From a virus (Duplodnaviria > Caudoviricetes), in the IMG/VR virus record IMGVR_UViG_3300025018_000262, positions 1 to 40,848 of that record: a stretch of 40,848 bases of DNA; one strand, given 5' to 3'. How positions within the stretch are numbered: position 1 is the first letter of the stretch; each line of letters opens with the position of its first letter. The position numbers and the translations under genes are program-made. Positions 26,306 to 35,258 of this stretch are shown here, one piece after another. Below the pieces are notes generated by a model, which was given only the letters and a program-made list of their open reading frames with translations, was not told where the DNA came from and made no database searches.

Positions 26306-26743
26306 TTACGAACCGGCGGGGTAGGCGACCCAGTTCTGCGGCTCCGAGGTCAGGAAGGCCGAGAACTTGCCGGCGGTGAGCGGGCCGGTGGCGACCGTGA
26401 AGCGAACGCCCAGGTAGCGCTCGTAGGCGCGGCCGGGCGGCAGCGCCAGGATGCGCTTGTAGCCGGCGACCAGGGTGGCCTTGCCGATGGCCTCGGTCGT
26501 GGCGTGGACGGTCGCGCTGGTCGCCAGGTTGGCGGTGCTGTCCGACTCGACCGACAGGACGACGGTGGCGGCACCGGCGGCGGTGGCGGCCTCGTCCACC
26601 TGGAAGACGATGAACAGCGGCTTGCCGTTCGCGGGGTCCTGCAGGGTGGGGCTGGCGCCCAGGTCGATGACGCCGCCGGACCCGATGGCCGTCGCGGTGA
26701 CGACCTGGGAATCGGCGAACTCTTCGCGCTTGTTGACGATCAT
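26306..26743 (-). CDS. Capsid cement/decoration protein (Bbp16-like)
   Basis: FADSQ.VTATA....VIDLG...RYLGVRFTV...TAGKFSAFL directly after the capsid gene. Confidence 0.75.
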   Translation of the reverse strand: MIVNKREEFADSQVVTATAIGSGGVIDLGASPTLQDPANGKPLFIVFQVDEAATAAGAATVVLSVESDSTANLATSATVHATTEAIGKATLVAGYKRILALPPGRAYERYLGVRFTVATGPLTAGKFSAFLTSEPQNWVAYPAGS

Positions 26744-26774
26744 GGCTGTGTCTCGTTGGTTGGTGGTTGGTGGA

Positions 26775-27776
26775 TCAGGGGACCAGCGACTCGGACACGC
26801 GCATGCGGTCGAGGCGGCGGACCGGGATCTCGTCGAACTTGGTGACGGTCTTGCCGCCGACCTCGCCCTGCGAGAGCCACACGTTGGACTTGTTCCCGAT
26901 CTGGCGGCGCAGGAAGCTGCGGATCACCTTCGGGGCGTAGAAGACCGGGCTGCCCATCGCGCGGAAGTCGACCGGCAGCAGCTCGATCATCTGCGCCATG
27001 GTGTCGATGATGTCGCAGCCGGTGGCGCCGGTCTTGACCAGGTCGGACACGTCGATGTTGGCGGCGCGCGAGGTGTAGCGCCAGTCCGGCATGGCGAGGC
27101 CGATGTCCCACTTGTAGTGGGTGCGGTACGCCTGGAACGGGTCGCCGTTCGCGTCATAGACGGTCTGCTCGCCCAGGTCCTTCACCTGCAGGCCGCCCGA
27201 GCTACCCTTGGGGTAGAAGAAGTGCGTGGTCATCGGACCCCACACGGTCAGGACGATCGAGGCGTTGTCAGCGCCGACGCCGCCCGCCTTGATGATGTTC
27301 TGCGCGTTGTCGCCGCTCGCCGTGGTGTTGAAGCGGGGGACGATGCCGTGGAACCGCTCGGGGTTCACGTCGGTGTCGCCGTACATGAACGCTTCGGCAA
27401 CGTCCTGGTTGAGGGCTTCGCGGAAGGCGGCTTCCTGGGTGAAGCGCCAGGATGCCGAGCCGCCGGAGAGCTGGGCGTGCTTCACGTCGATGGTGGCGTA
27501 GTTCTCCAGCATGCCGCTGGCGTCGCGCACCATCGCGGTGCGGGCCTTCGACTCGGGGACGCCGCCGTACAGCTTGCGCCAGGTGTTGGTCGGCAGGCCG
27601 GTGCGGGTGATGCTCTTGTGGCCCGCGCCGTCGTTGCCTTCGAAGACGGCGGCTTCCTGCCACAGCTCCGAGGTCTGGTTCAGGCTCTCGACGATCTGCT
27701 TGGCGGTGGCCAGGCTGCCGTCGGGCATGGTGAGGTTGGCGATGTCGAGGAGGCCAGGATAGGTGCCGGTGGGCAT
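26775..27776 (-). CDS. Major capsid protein (BPP-1 Bbp17-like)
   Basis: IVESLNQTSE, RTGLP...WRKLY.GV, F.G...RF, W..GL...DWRY..R.ANID. Confidence 0.9.
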   Translation of the reverse strand: MPTGTYPGLLDIANLTMPDGSLATAKQIVESLNQTSELWQEAAVFEGNDGAGHKSITRTGLPTNTWRKLYGGVPESKARTAMVRDASGMLENYATIDVKHAQLSGGSASWRFTQEAAFREALNQDVAEAFMYGDTDVNPERFHGIVPRFNTTASGDNAQNIIKAGGVGADNASIVLTVWGPMTTHFFYPKGSSGGLQVKDLGEQTVYDANGDPFQAYRTHYKWDIGLAMPDWRYTSRAANIDVSDLVKTGATGCDIIDTMAQMIELLPVDFRAMGSPVFYAPKVIRSFLRRQIGNKSNVWLSQGEVGGKTVTKFDEIPVRRLDRMRVSESLVP

Positions 27777-27814
27777 GGTGATGATTCCGTAGGTGTGTGG
27801 TTGGGTGGTTCAGG

Positions 27815-28501
27815 TCAGACGTTGGGCATCGACTTGTAGATGCTGCGCAGGTCGCTCTGCACGGCCTGCCCGCCGCTTGCGACGCGGTCTTCGCTCATCG
27901 CCTTACCGATGTTCACCAGGAGCTTGACCAGGGGCGGGAAGCTGTTGTAGCCGGTCGAGCGCAGGGTCTCGATCAGCTCCGGCGACCCGAACTTTTCGAG
28001 GGCGCGACGACCCAGGTCCATGGAGGCCTGGATCTTCTCGCCACCGATGTCCTTGTCGGCGGTCAGCTCCTTGTCCCATTTCTGCACGTCGGCGATGTGG
28101 CTCTCCACCATCTTCGCCTGGTGCGCGGCCACGGCCTTGGACTGGGTCTCCAGCATCTGCTGCGCGATCTCGGGCTTGATGCCGTTCGCTTGCGCGAAGT
28201 CGGCCAGCTCCTTGACCTGGTCAGCGGAGAGGAGCGAGTCCTTGGGCAGCTTCAGCTCGATGGCTGCGGGCTGCTCGGTCTTGGTCTCCGCTGGCTTGGC
28301 CGCGGCCGGCTGTTCGCCGGTCTTGGTCTCGACAGCAGTGGCCGGGGCGGTCGCGGTGCTCTGGGTGTTCGGTGCGGTGACGGGCTGGGCGCCAGCGGTC
28401 GGCGCAGGCGCTGCCGCCGGTGCCGGGGTGGCGCTGGCGGGCGCCTGCTGAACCGGTGCCGCCGAGGCGGGAGCCGGAGTTGACGCTGGTGCATCAGGCA
28501 T
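27815..28501 (-). CDS. Capsid scaffolding/assembly protein
   Basis: PA-rich N-terminus, IGKAMSED motif, directly upstream of the capsid gene. Confidence 0.7.
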   Translation of the reverse strand: MPDAPASTPAPASAAPVQQAPASATPAPAAAPAPTAGAQPVTAPNTQSTATAPATAVETKTGEQPAAAKPAETKTEQPAAIELKLPKDSLLSADQVKELADFAQANGIKPEIAQQMLETQSKAVAAHQAKMVESHIADVQKWDKELTADKDIGGEKIQASMDLGRRALEKFGSPELIETLRSTGYNSFPPLVKLLVNIGKAMSEDRVASGGQAVQSDLRSIYKSMPNV

Positions 28502-28508
28502 GGGCGCG

Positions 28509-28559
28509 ACCGTAGCGAAGTAGTGACATGGACGGAAGACACCCCGGCGGGTGCCGCTA
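28509..28559 (-). promoter_or_regulatory. Late-promoter-like motif copy 2 (before scaffold/capsid)
   Basis: TAGCGGCACCCGCCGGGGTGTCTTC-N20-TACGGT-N7-ATG. Confidence 0.65.
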
Positions 28560-28865
28560 GGCTTTCGGCTCGGGCAGGATCTCGGACAGCAGGCGCAGGT
28601 AGGCGTCGCGGTGCTGCGCCTTCAGCTCGATGGTCAGCTCGACGCCGATGGATCGGCGCCCCTCGGCGTGCGTCATGGTGCTGCCGTTGCTGTTGAAGAT
28701 GGGCATGTCGACGCCGGTGGACGCCAGCAGGCGCGCGATGAAGCGGCGGCCCTGCTTGCTCTGCATGATCCATTCCAGGTCGCGCTTCGCCTGGTCGCGC
28801 CGGTCCTTCTCGCTCTTGGCGCTGGTGGCGCGGTCGGCGTCTTCCTGCTCCATGTCCTCGCTCAC
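28557..28865 (-). CDS. Bbp19-like protein
   Basis: DLEWIMQSKQGRRFI.RLL...G......F.........EGRRSIG motif after the portal. Confidence 0.75.
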   Translation of the reverse strand: MSEDMEQEDADRATSAKSEKDRRDQAKRDLEWIMQSKQGRRFIARLLASTGVDMPIFNSNGSTMTHAEGRRSIGVELTIELKAQHRDAYLRLLSEILPEPKA

Positions 28866-30541
28866 GCGCCAACCGATCGCATCAGGTCGGTCAGGGCGTT
28901 CTGCCCGCCGGTGTCGGTCTCGCTCATCACCTTGGCGCCGTCCACGGCGGTGGCGGCGTTGGCGATCTGCTGCTGCTGGGCCTGCGCCTGGGCGCGCGCA
29001 CCGCGGCGCTTCTGGCGCTCCTCCTGGCTGCGGACGATCTTGGGCGGCAGGCCGACGCCCTCGGCGTACTCGTCCCAGGCCTGATCGAAGTCGAAGCCGT
29101 CGAGCACGTCGGGGAAGGCGCCGGCGGTCGAGCCGAGGAACTGCACCGCGCGGTCGATCTGCCCGAGCTTGACCATGCGCTGCACCTGGTGCAGGGCGCT
29201 GACGTAGGACACCTTCACCGCCTTGGCGTTGCCCATGCGGCGCTGGTACTCGACCAGCTCGGGCGGAGGCGGCGCGATCATGCCCCGGCGGTCGGCGATG
29301 GCGTAGATACGATCCAGCGCCGGGCCCAGGGCCTCGTCGTTCAGGCGCTCCAGCGGCTCGCCGATGGCCAGGATCTGCTCCTCCTGGCGCGCGCGGATCT
29401 CCTCGGCGGTGATCTGCCGGCGGTCGCTGTTGGTCATCATCAGGAACAGGTCGACGTAGAGCGTCGACGCGATCGCGTTCTCGAGGCGCTGCGCCTTGGC
29501 GTCAGCCTCGCCCAGCTGGAAGGTGTTGCCGTCGTACAGGCTGCCGATCTTCTCGGTGTTGCCGCTGAATACGGTCTTGCCAGGCTGTGGGTCGATGCCC
29601 TCCTGCTTCATGTCGAGCGGGGCCTTCAGTGGCGGGTTGACTTTCTTCTCCAGGCCCTGCGCCAGGCGGCGCTCGTAGATCATCAGGCTGCGCGCATCGG
29701 GCAGGGCGAGCATGGCCGGGCTCTCGCCATACACGTCTTCACCGTTGGTCTGCCAGCGGGGCGCGATGATCGGGTACTCGTCGTACCCCTTGAGGCTCAG
29801 GTAGCGGTGCGCGTCGCGCTGCAGGAAGTACCGCGAGCTGTAGCGCTTGAATCGGCTGTCCAGCATCCGCGGGTTATGGTTGGGGTTCGGCCCGGCGATG
29901 TGGACCACGTCGTCGAACCACTGCTCGGGGTTGTTCTTCAGGCAGGACGCGACCTCGGCCGGGCAGTTCTCGACGCCGAAGCGCTGCGCCAGCTGGCGCG
30001 CGGTCATGGCGAACTTGCGCACGCATAGGTCGACCGCCAGGCGGGCGCTGTTGCTCAGGCAGTAAGACCCGATCGGGAACGGGTAGCAGCGCACCACGTC
30101 GTCGTCGTCCTCGTCGATCAGCTGCGCATGGGTGCCGAAGACGCCCAGGTCGCGGAACATCGCGGGCGTGCTCTTGTAGTAGTTCGACCCGGCGAGGATG
30201 CCGCGGATGCGGCGGGTGCTGTCGTCCAGCCACTCCTTGACCGGCTGGTACTTCGCCAGGTCCTGGTCCTCGACGGTGTAGGCGAACCACGGCCGGGCCG
30301 GCGACGTGATGCGGCTGAACATGCCGGCGGTCAACGTGCGCGCCGATCGCGCCGGTGCGCCGTTGATCAGCTTGGTGTTCTTCTTGCTGCCGCGGTTGCG
30401 CTCGTCGGTGCTGAAGCGCGACGACCGCGGCAGGAAGTGCGCGGCCAGGTCGGTCCAATGGCTGTCCCAGCTCGACCGCTCGGTTTCGAGGCGGGTGGCC
30501 AGCGCATCGTCCTGCTTGCGCATGCCGGCGAGGTCCATCAC
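28862..30541 (-). CDS. Portal / head-tail connector (T7 gp8, Bbp21-like)
   Basis: ITSPARPWF, SNYY, DL.VFGT, PRW...GEDVYGESP, TAEEI..RQEE. Confidence 0.92.
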   Translation of the reverse strand: MMDLAGMRKQDDALATRLETERSSWDSHWTDLAAHFLPRSSRFSTDERNRGSKKNTKLINGAPARSARTLTAGMFSRITSPARPWFAYTVEDQDLAKYQPVKEWLDDSTRRIRGILAGSNYYKSTPAMFRDLGVFGTHAQLIDEDDDDVVRCYPFPIGSYCLSNSARLAVDLCVRKFAMTARQLAQRFGVENCPAEVASCLKNNPEQWFDDVVHIAGPNPNHNPRMLDSRFKRYSSRYFLQRDAHRYLSLKGYDEYPIIAPRWQTNGEDVYGESPAMLALPDARSLMIYERRLAQGLEKKVNPPLKAPLDMKQEGIDPQPGKTVFSGNTEKIGSLYDGNTFQLGEADAKAQRLENAIASTLYVDLFLMMTNSDRRQITAEEIRARQEEQILAIGEPLERLNDEALGPALDRIYAIADRRGMIAPPPPELVEYQRRMGNAKAVKVSYVSALHQVQRMVKLGQIDRAVQFLGSTAGAFPDVLDGFDFDQAWDEYAEGVGLPPKIVRSQEERQKRRGARAQAQAQQQQIANAATAVDGAKVMSETDTGGQNALTDLMRSVGA

Positions 30542-30963
30542 AGCCCCAGCAGGGTGGAGCGGCCACTGGCGCCGCCGAGGTTGGTGCCGCCGCTGTCCAT
30601 GCCGCCGGTCAGCAGGGTGCCGGCGCGGCCGGCGAGCTGGCGCTTGCGCTTCTGCTGCGGGTCAGCGACGACCGGCGCCGCGGTCGCGCCAGCGTTCGCG
30701 TCGGGCACGGTGACGGTCTGGCCGATGCCCAGGTCGCCGGCCACTTCGTTGACACCGGCCTGCAGGTCTCCGCCCTGCTCGTAGGTCGCCACTCCCACGG
30801 CGTTGCCGACGTAGGCTGTCGGCATGACCACGGCCGCCCCTCGGTTGATCTCCTCGCGCAGGCCCTTGTTGACGGCGCCGCGGTATGTTTTCCGCACGGC
30901 GCCGGCCGTGTCCTTGACTGCATCCTTGATGGCGTTGGTCGCGCTGCTGACTGAGTCTCCCAT
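30538..30963 (-). CDS. Small virion-associated protein upstream of the portal
   Basis: C-terminal GRAGTLLTG...STLLG typical of this position; ATG 30963. Confidence 0.6.
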   Translation of the reverse strand: MGDSVSSATNAIKDAVKDTAGAVRKTYRGAVNKGLREEINRGAAVVMPTAYVGNAVGVATYEQGGDLQAGVNEVAGDLGIGQTVTVPDANAGATAAPVVADPQQKRKRQLAGRAGTLLTGGMDSGGTNLGGASGRSTLLGL

Positions 30964-30973
30964 GGCATCCCCT

Positions 30974-31792
30974 TCAGGTGTTCGGCTTGGTGGTCTTGGG
31001 CTGCTTGCCGCGGGCCTTGGCCACGCGCTTGAGCACGCCGGCGGCCTTCTGGCTGGCCCATGCGGCGGCCTTCTCGGCGACGGCGTGGCCGCGGTCGTCC
31101 AGCTCGCTGCCGAAGGTCTTGGCCTTCTGGACGGCGAGCGCCGCCTTGGTCTCCAGGGCGTCGGCCAGCTTGGCGGTGTCAACCAGGGCGCGATCGCCAC
31201 GAGCGATGCGGACCCATGCCACGACAGCGATGGCGAGCCCGCCCAGGATGACGGGCACGAACCATGCCGAGCGCATCGACTCGGCGAAGCCGGCGAGGGT
31301 CAGGCATCCCAGGGCAGCGGCGCCAGCGATGGGCAGGGCGAGGCGGCCCAGGCCCGACCAGGCGCCCAGGGCGGCGGCGACGGCGCACAGCGCCAGGCCG
31401 ATACCGGCGACGATGCGGGCGCGGCGGATGTCGTCGGCGAGCTGCTGGGCCTCGGCGAGCTTCTGGGCGCGCGCCTCGATCTCGGTCTGGTCCTTGGCCA
31501 TCTGCGCGCGCTGGTCGGCCTCGATCTTCTCCCACTTCGAGCGGACCTTGGCCAGCTCATCGGCGAGGCGGCGGTTGTAGTCGGCCGCATTCTGGTCGCC
31601 GGCGGCGGTCGCCTCAGCGGCACGCTTCTCGGCGGCCAGCTCCTGCTCGCGCAGGGTTTGGACCTCCTTGGCGGCGGGCGGCGGTTCGACCGGCGGACGC
31701 GCTGGCGGCACGTCGCCGCAGGCGGCAAGGATCGCCAGGCAGGCCAGGACGATGCCGGCGGCGGTGATCTCAGCGCAGCGGCGCAGGCTCAT
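30974..31792 (-). CDS. Lipoprotein with coiled coil and three TM helices (candidate lysis protein)
   Basis: Lipobox LAAC (Cys25), Pro linker, coiled coil, three hydrophobic segments, basic C-tail. Confidence 0.65.
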   Translation of the reverse strand: MSLRRCAEITAAGIVLACLAILAACGDVPPARPPVEPPPAAKEVQTLREQELAAEKRAAEATAAGDQNAADYNRRLADELAKVRSKWEKIEADQRAQMAKDQTEIEARAQKLAEAQQLADDIRRARIVAGIGLALCAVAAALGAWSGLGRLALPIAGAAALGCLTLAGFAESMRSAWFVPVILGGLAIAVVAWVRIARGDRALVDTAKLADALETKAALAVQKAKTFGSELDDRGHAVAEKAAAWASQKAAGVLKRVAKARGKQPKTTKPNT

Positions 31793-32220
31793 GCGTGGCT
31801 CTGGTTCTTGCGGGTGACGGCGTCGGTTCCCTTGGCTGCTGGGTGCGGCTCTGGTAGCGGGCCCTGATCGAAGGATTTGCAGCGCATGCCCTTGATGGCC
31901 TCTGTCTGCGCGTTGCTGTTTTGGGCGATCTCGCGCACAGCGCGGGCCATGTCGCGGATGGCCTCGGCGACGCGGTTCTCCGTCGTGTCGGCGCGGTCGG
32001 TCAGCGCCTCGATCTTGCTGGCGTGCTCAACCTGCGTCGGTACTCGCTCGTCTTCGAGCTTCCGCACGCGGCCGACCAGGTCGGCGATCTCCTTGTCGCG
32101 CTTGGCCAGCTCGAGCTGGTAGCGCTTGTCCATCGCCTTCCACAGCCAGGCGACGGCGCCGGACAGGGCGCCAATCACGGCGCATCCAATGGCGAAGGCG
32201 GTGCCGTCGTCGAGCGTCAT
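31789..32220 (-). CDS. Single-TM coiled-coil protein (holin- or i-spanin-like candidate)
   Basis: FAIGCAVIGALSGAVAWLW then coiled coil. Confidence 0.6.
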   Translation of the reverse strand: MTLDDGTAFAIGCAVIGALSGAVAWLWKAMDKRYQLELAKRDKEIADLVGRVRKLEDERVPTQVEHASKIEALTDRADTTENRVAEAIRDMARAVREIAQNSNAQTEAIKGMRCKSFDQGPLPEPHPAAKGTDAVTRKNQSHA

Positions 32221-32678
32221 GGGGTCAGCTTCCTGGCGTAGATGGTCTCGGTGGACTGATAGCCCAGGCGCTCCAGCACGGGGCCGAAGTCGCGGGCGTT
32301 GTGGCGGACGGTCTGGTAGACCTTGCGCACGCCCATGGCCTGCAGGGCCTGGTCGGCGTACTTGATCAGCTCGATGCCGTTGCGGCCGTGGCGGCGATCG
32401 GGGCGCAGGTAGATCGCGTCCGCGCTGGCCTCCAGGCTACTGGCGTTCTGCGGGTGGTGCGCGATCCAGAAGGCGGCGTAGCCGATCAGCTCGCCGTCCT
32501 GGCGGGCGGTGAAGACGGCGAAGGCGCCGGCATCATCGGCACCGGCGAGCTTCTCCTGGTCCAGGTCGGCCTCGCTGTCGGGATCCCAGCGGACCTCGCG
32601 CCAGTGGTCCCGGGCGAGGGGCAGCAACTCGGGCCACAAGGACCCGATCGGCTCACGCTGAAACAGGACGACGCCCAT
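32217..32678 (-). CDS. GNAT-family acetyltransferase
   Basis: GELIGYA, DAIYLRPDRRHGRNGIELIK, LERLGY. Confidence 0.8.
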   Translation of the reverse strand: MGVVLFQREPIGSLWPELLPLARDHWREVRWDPDSEADLDQEKLAGADDAGAFAVFTARQDGELIGYAAFWIAHHPQNASSLEASADAIYLRPDRRHGRNGIELIKYADQALQAMGVRKVYQTVRHNARDFGPVLERLGYQSTETIYARKLTP

Positions 32679-32687
32679 GCGGGTGTC

Positions 32688-32737
32688 AGCATGGGCGCGC
32701 GTCGCGGTCGATGAAGACACCCCGGCGGGTGCCGCTA
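32688..32737 (-). promoter_or_regulatory. Late-promoter-like motif copy 3 (after terL)
   Basis: TAGCGGCACCCGCCGGGGTGTCTTC-N19-CATGCT-N9-ATG. Confidence 0.6.
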
Positions 32738-34231
32738 CCGTTCGGCGAAGGGGTCGAACTCGCCGGGCGTGTTGCGGTTGCTGCCGGGCGCCAGGTCGAC
32801 GGGCCGGCGCCTGGGCGCTACTGGGTAGGCGAAGGTCAGCATCAGGCCGTCCGCCCGGTCAGGCGACGATAGGCCGCGCTTCTTCATGTCGTCCTTGCGC
32901 TCCAGCACGATCTCGTTGTGGGCGTTGAACCCGTACTCGCGCCCTTCGAGCTGCTGGCGCAGCTGCGGGTCGTCCTCGATGCTGCCGCCGGTCTTCAGCC
33001 ACTCCCGGCCGCGCGCCCAGCACTCGGCGCCCTTGTTGGCGACCAGCTGGCCCTCGACGGGGATGTCGCTGCTGGCCCCGTTGTTCACCCCGACGACCTC
33101 CAGGTTCAGCTGGCGGCAGCGGTCGACCACGGCGCCGCCGATGCCGGTCTCGTCGATGAAGACGGCGTCGACTCCGCTGGCGCGCGCCTCCTCGACCACG
33201 CGCCCGGCCAGGGTCATGGTGTCGACCCCGCGCAGGTGGATTGGCGGGCGGCTGCGCGCGTCTCGGCCGCGGCGGAAGCGGATGACGCTCTCGTCGTCAC
33301 CGAAGCGCGCCACGTCCACGCCGATGATCAGCGGATCGTAGATGCTCGCGGTCGGCTCGGTCTTGGCGGCCTTCTCGACCACGTCGGAGGGGATGAGCTG
33401 CATGGAACCTGCCCTGGGCGCTTGGCCCTTGATGCGGATGCGCGTCAGGTCGGAGTCTTCGCCCCCGTAGTCCTGCACGTCCTTGGCGAGCTGCACCAGG
33501 TTGGTGCCCTCGACGGTGCGGCTGTCGATCTGCTTGGTGATCCAGCGGTGCGCGTTCTTGCCGAAGCATTCATGGAAGCGGCCGGTGTTGCGGGTGTAGT
33601 TCCCGAACGCCAACCAGATGATCTCCGTGCCCTCGTCGGTCAGGGCGCCAGTGATGACCTCCCAGATCTTGTCGCCGATGGCGCTGGCCTCGTCGAAGAT
33701 GATCAGGATGCGCTTGCCCTTGTTGTGCAGGCCAGCGAATGGCTCGCTATGGTTCTCCGACCATGGCAGGGCGTCGGCCCGCCATGTGTTCTCGTGCTTC
33801 GTGTCGGTGCTGTGCAGGCTGGTCGCGACGTAGCGGAACCATCCCGACGTGATCGACATGCGGCGCCACTTACTGACCTCGGGCCAGGTCTTGGTGCGCA
33901 GCTGGTCGAAGGTGCCGGCCGTGACCACGATCTTGGTGTCGGGGTGCGTGCTCAGTCCCCAGTCGATCAGCCAGGACACCAGCGCAGACTTGCCGATGCC
34001 GTGGCCCGATGCGACCGCGATGCGCAGCGGCTGGTGCTTGGTCGCCGGGTCGCGCAGGTGGGCGCCGATCGTGCCGGCGATGTCCAGTTGCCAGGTGCGC
34101 GGCCGCTCGTGCTCCAGCTCGGTGCCGGGTTCGCCCCATGGGTAGGCGAAGCGGACGTAGCCGGCCGGGTCGTGGGTGAACCCGGCGACGGCTTCCAGCA
34201 GCTGGGCGTCGGGGTCGGCGACTTCAGGCAC
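32735..34231 (-). CDS. terL: Terminase large subunit
   Basis: Walker A ASGHGIGKS, Walker B IIFDEAS, nuclease GVDVARFGDD and SPDRAD. Confidence 0.95.
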   Translation of the reverse strand: MPEVADPDAQLLEAVAGFTHDPAGYVRFAYPWGEPGTELEHERPRTWQLDIAGTIGAHLRDPATKHQPLRIAVASGHGIGKSALVSWLIDWGLSTHPDTKIVVTAGTFDQLRTKTWPEVSKWRRMSITSGWFRYVATSLHSTDTKHENTWRADALPWSENHSEPFAGLHNKGKRILIIFDEASAIGDKIWEVITGALTDEGTEIIWLAFGNYTRNTGRFHECFGKNAHRWITKQIDSRTVEGTNLVQLAKDVQDYGGEDSDLTRIRIKGQAPRAGSMQLIPSDVVEKAAKTEPTASIYDPLIIGVDVARFGDDESVIRFRRGRDARSRPPIHLRGVDTMTLAGRVVEEARASGVDAVFIDETGIGGAVVDRCRQLNLEVVGVNNGASSDIPVEGQLVANKGAECWARGREWLKTGGSIEDDPQLRQQLEGREYGFNAHNEIVLERKDDMKKRGLSSPDRADGLMLTFAYPVAPRRRPVDLAPGSNRNTPGEFDPFAER

Positions 34232-34373
34232 GCGCGTTCAGCTCCCGGCAGACGGCGCGCGCGGTGCGCTCGTCGCTGTCCTCGTACACCAGCCGGATGG
34301 TCCGATCCATCAGTGGCCCGGTGTGTTTCCAGATCAGCCACAGTCCGTAGACGAAGCGGAGGCGGTACGTCAT
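34224..34373 (-). CDS. Small hypothetical protein (49 aa)
   Basis: MTYRLRFVYGLWLIW...; overlaps both neighbours. Confidence 0.5.
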   Translation of the reverse strand: MTYRLRFVYGLWLIWKHTGPLMDRTIRLVYEDSDERTARAVCRELNARA

Positions 34374-34582
34374 GCCCTGCTCGGCAGCGGCTCGGTCATC
34401 GCCTTGCGGATCTGGCTCGCGCAGCCCTCGCACAGGTCAGCCACGGTGCAACCGACGCCTGCCTGGTAGCTGGGCTGTTGGGGTGCGTAGGTGTCGAAGG
34501 TGTAGGCGCGCACGGTGGTCGGTTTATCCATTGAGACTGGGCACGACACGCCGCAGCGATCGCAGGTTCGGACGGTGGCCAT
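34370..34582 (-). CDS. Small zinc-finger protein
   Basis: CDRC...DLCEGC. Confidence 0.65.
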   Translation of the reverse strand: MATVRTCDRCGVSCPVSMDKPTTVRAYTFDTYAPQQPSYQAGVGCTVADLCEGCASQIRKAMTEPLPSRA

Positions 34583-34585
34583 GGT

Positions 34586-34858
34586 TCAGACTCCGGTCTT
34601 CAGGTGGTGGTGCAGGTCGATGGTGTTGATGCGCTTCCCGTCGTCGCCCCGCTCAATGGCGAAGTACCTGCGCCAGTGGTTGGCGGACAGGCTGACGGCG
34701 CAGGGCCCCAGTCCGGTGCGGCGTGCGACATCGGCGGGCGTGAGCGGTCGGCCGGCGTCCTCGATGGCGCACAGGATGCGGTCGCGGATCTGGGCCTGGC
34801 GGTCCCGGGCGATGTCGCGGCGCTCGGCACGGCCGATTATGGACGGATTGATAATCAT
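34586..34858 (-). CDS. HTH DNA-binding protein
   Basis: RPLTPADVARRTGLGPCAVS. Confidence 0.6.
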   Translation of the reverse strand: MIINPSIIGRAERRDIARDRQAQIRDRILCAIEDAGRPLTPADVARRTGLGPCAVSLSANHWRRYFAIERGDDGKRINTIDLHHHLKTGV

Positions 34859-35031
34859 GCGGATCTCCTGGGTTGTTGGTCAAGGTGGATGCGTTCGAGG
34901 ATCAAGGCGCGTTGCAGGTCTCCGGTCGCCGACAGCGCGGCCTCCAGGTGCTCGCGGCGATGGCGCCGGTCCTTCCTGGCGCAGGCGACCGCAATGCCGA
35001 CGCGGGACAGCGCCTGCTCGGCGATCTTCAC
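34855..35031 (-). CDS. Small hypothetical protein
   Basis: GTGA and ATGA coupling on both sides. Confidence 0.45.
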   Translation of the reverse strand: MKIAEQALSRVGIAVACARKDRRHRREHLEAALSATGDLQRALILERIHLDQQPRRSA

Positions 35032-35258
35032 GGCAGCTCCTGCGTCGGGTGCTTGGCCTTCAGCTTCGCCACGCATTCCCTGCACAGGTGTACCCTGCCG
35101 AAGTGCCAGCCGGGCGCGTACTTCACGGCCAGCGTCATCAGAGCAATCTGCCCCTTTGCGTAGAGCTGGTGGTCTTCCATCTGAACCTGACCAGCGCCGA
35201 CGTGTTCCTCGCGCTCGCAGCGGTCGCACTCGACGCTGAGCACCTGGGCGCGGATCAT
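35028..35258 (-). CDS. Small zinc-finger protein
   Basis: CDRC...HLCREC. Confidence 0.65.
   Translation of the reverse strand: MIRAQVLSVECDRCEREEHVGAGQVQMEDHQLYAKGQIALMTLAVKYAPGWHFGRVHLCRECVAKLKAKHPTQELP

Noticed and set aside
11928-32737. The 25-bp repeats as intrinsic terminators or amber-recoding signals
   Set aside because: No U-tract follows the stem, and the upstream proteins appear complete at the TAG; kept only as an alternative to the promoter model
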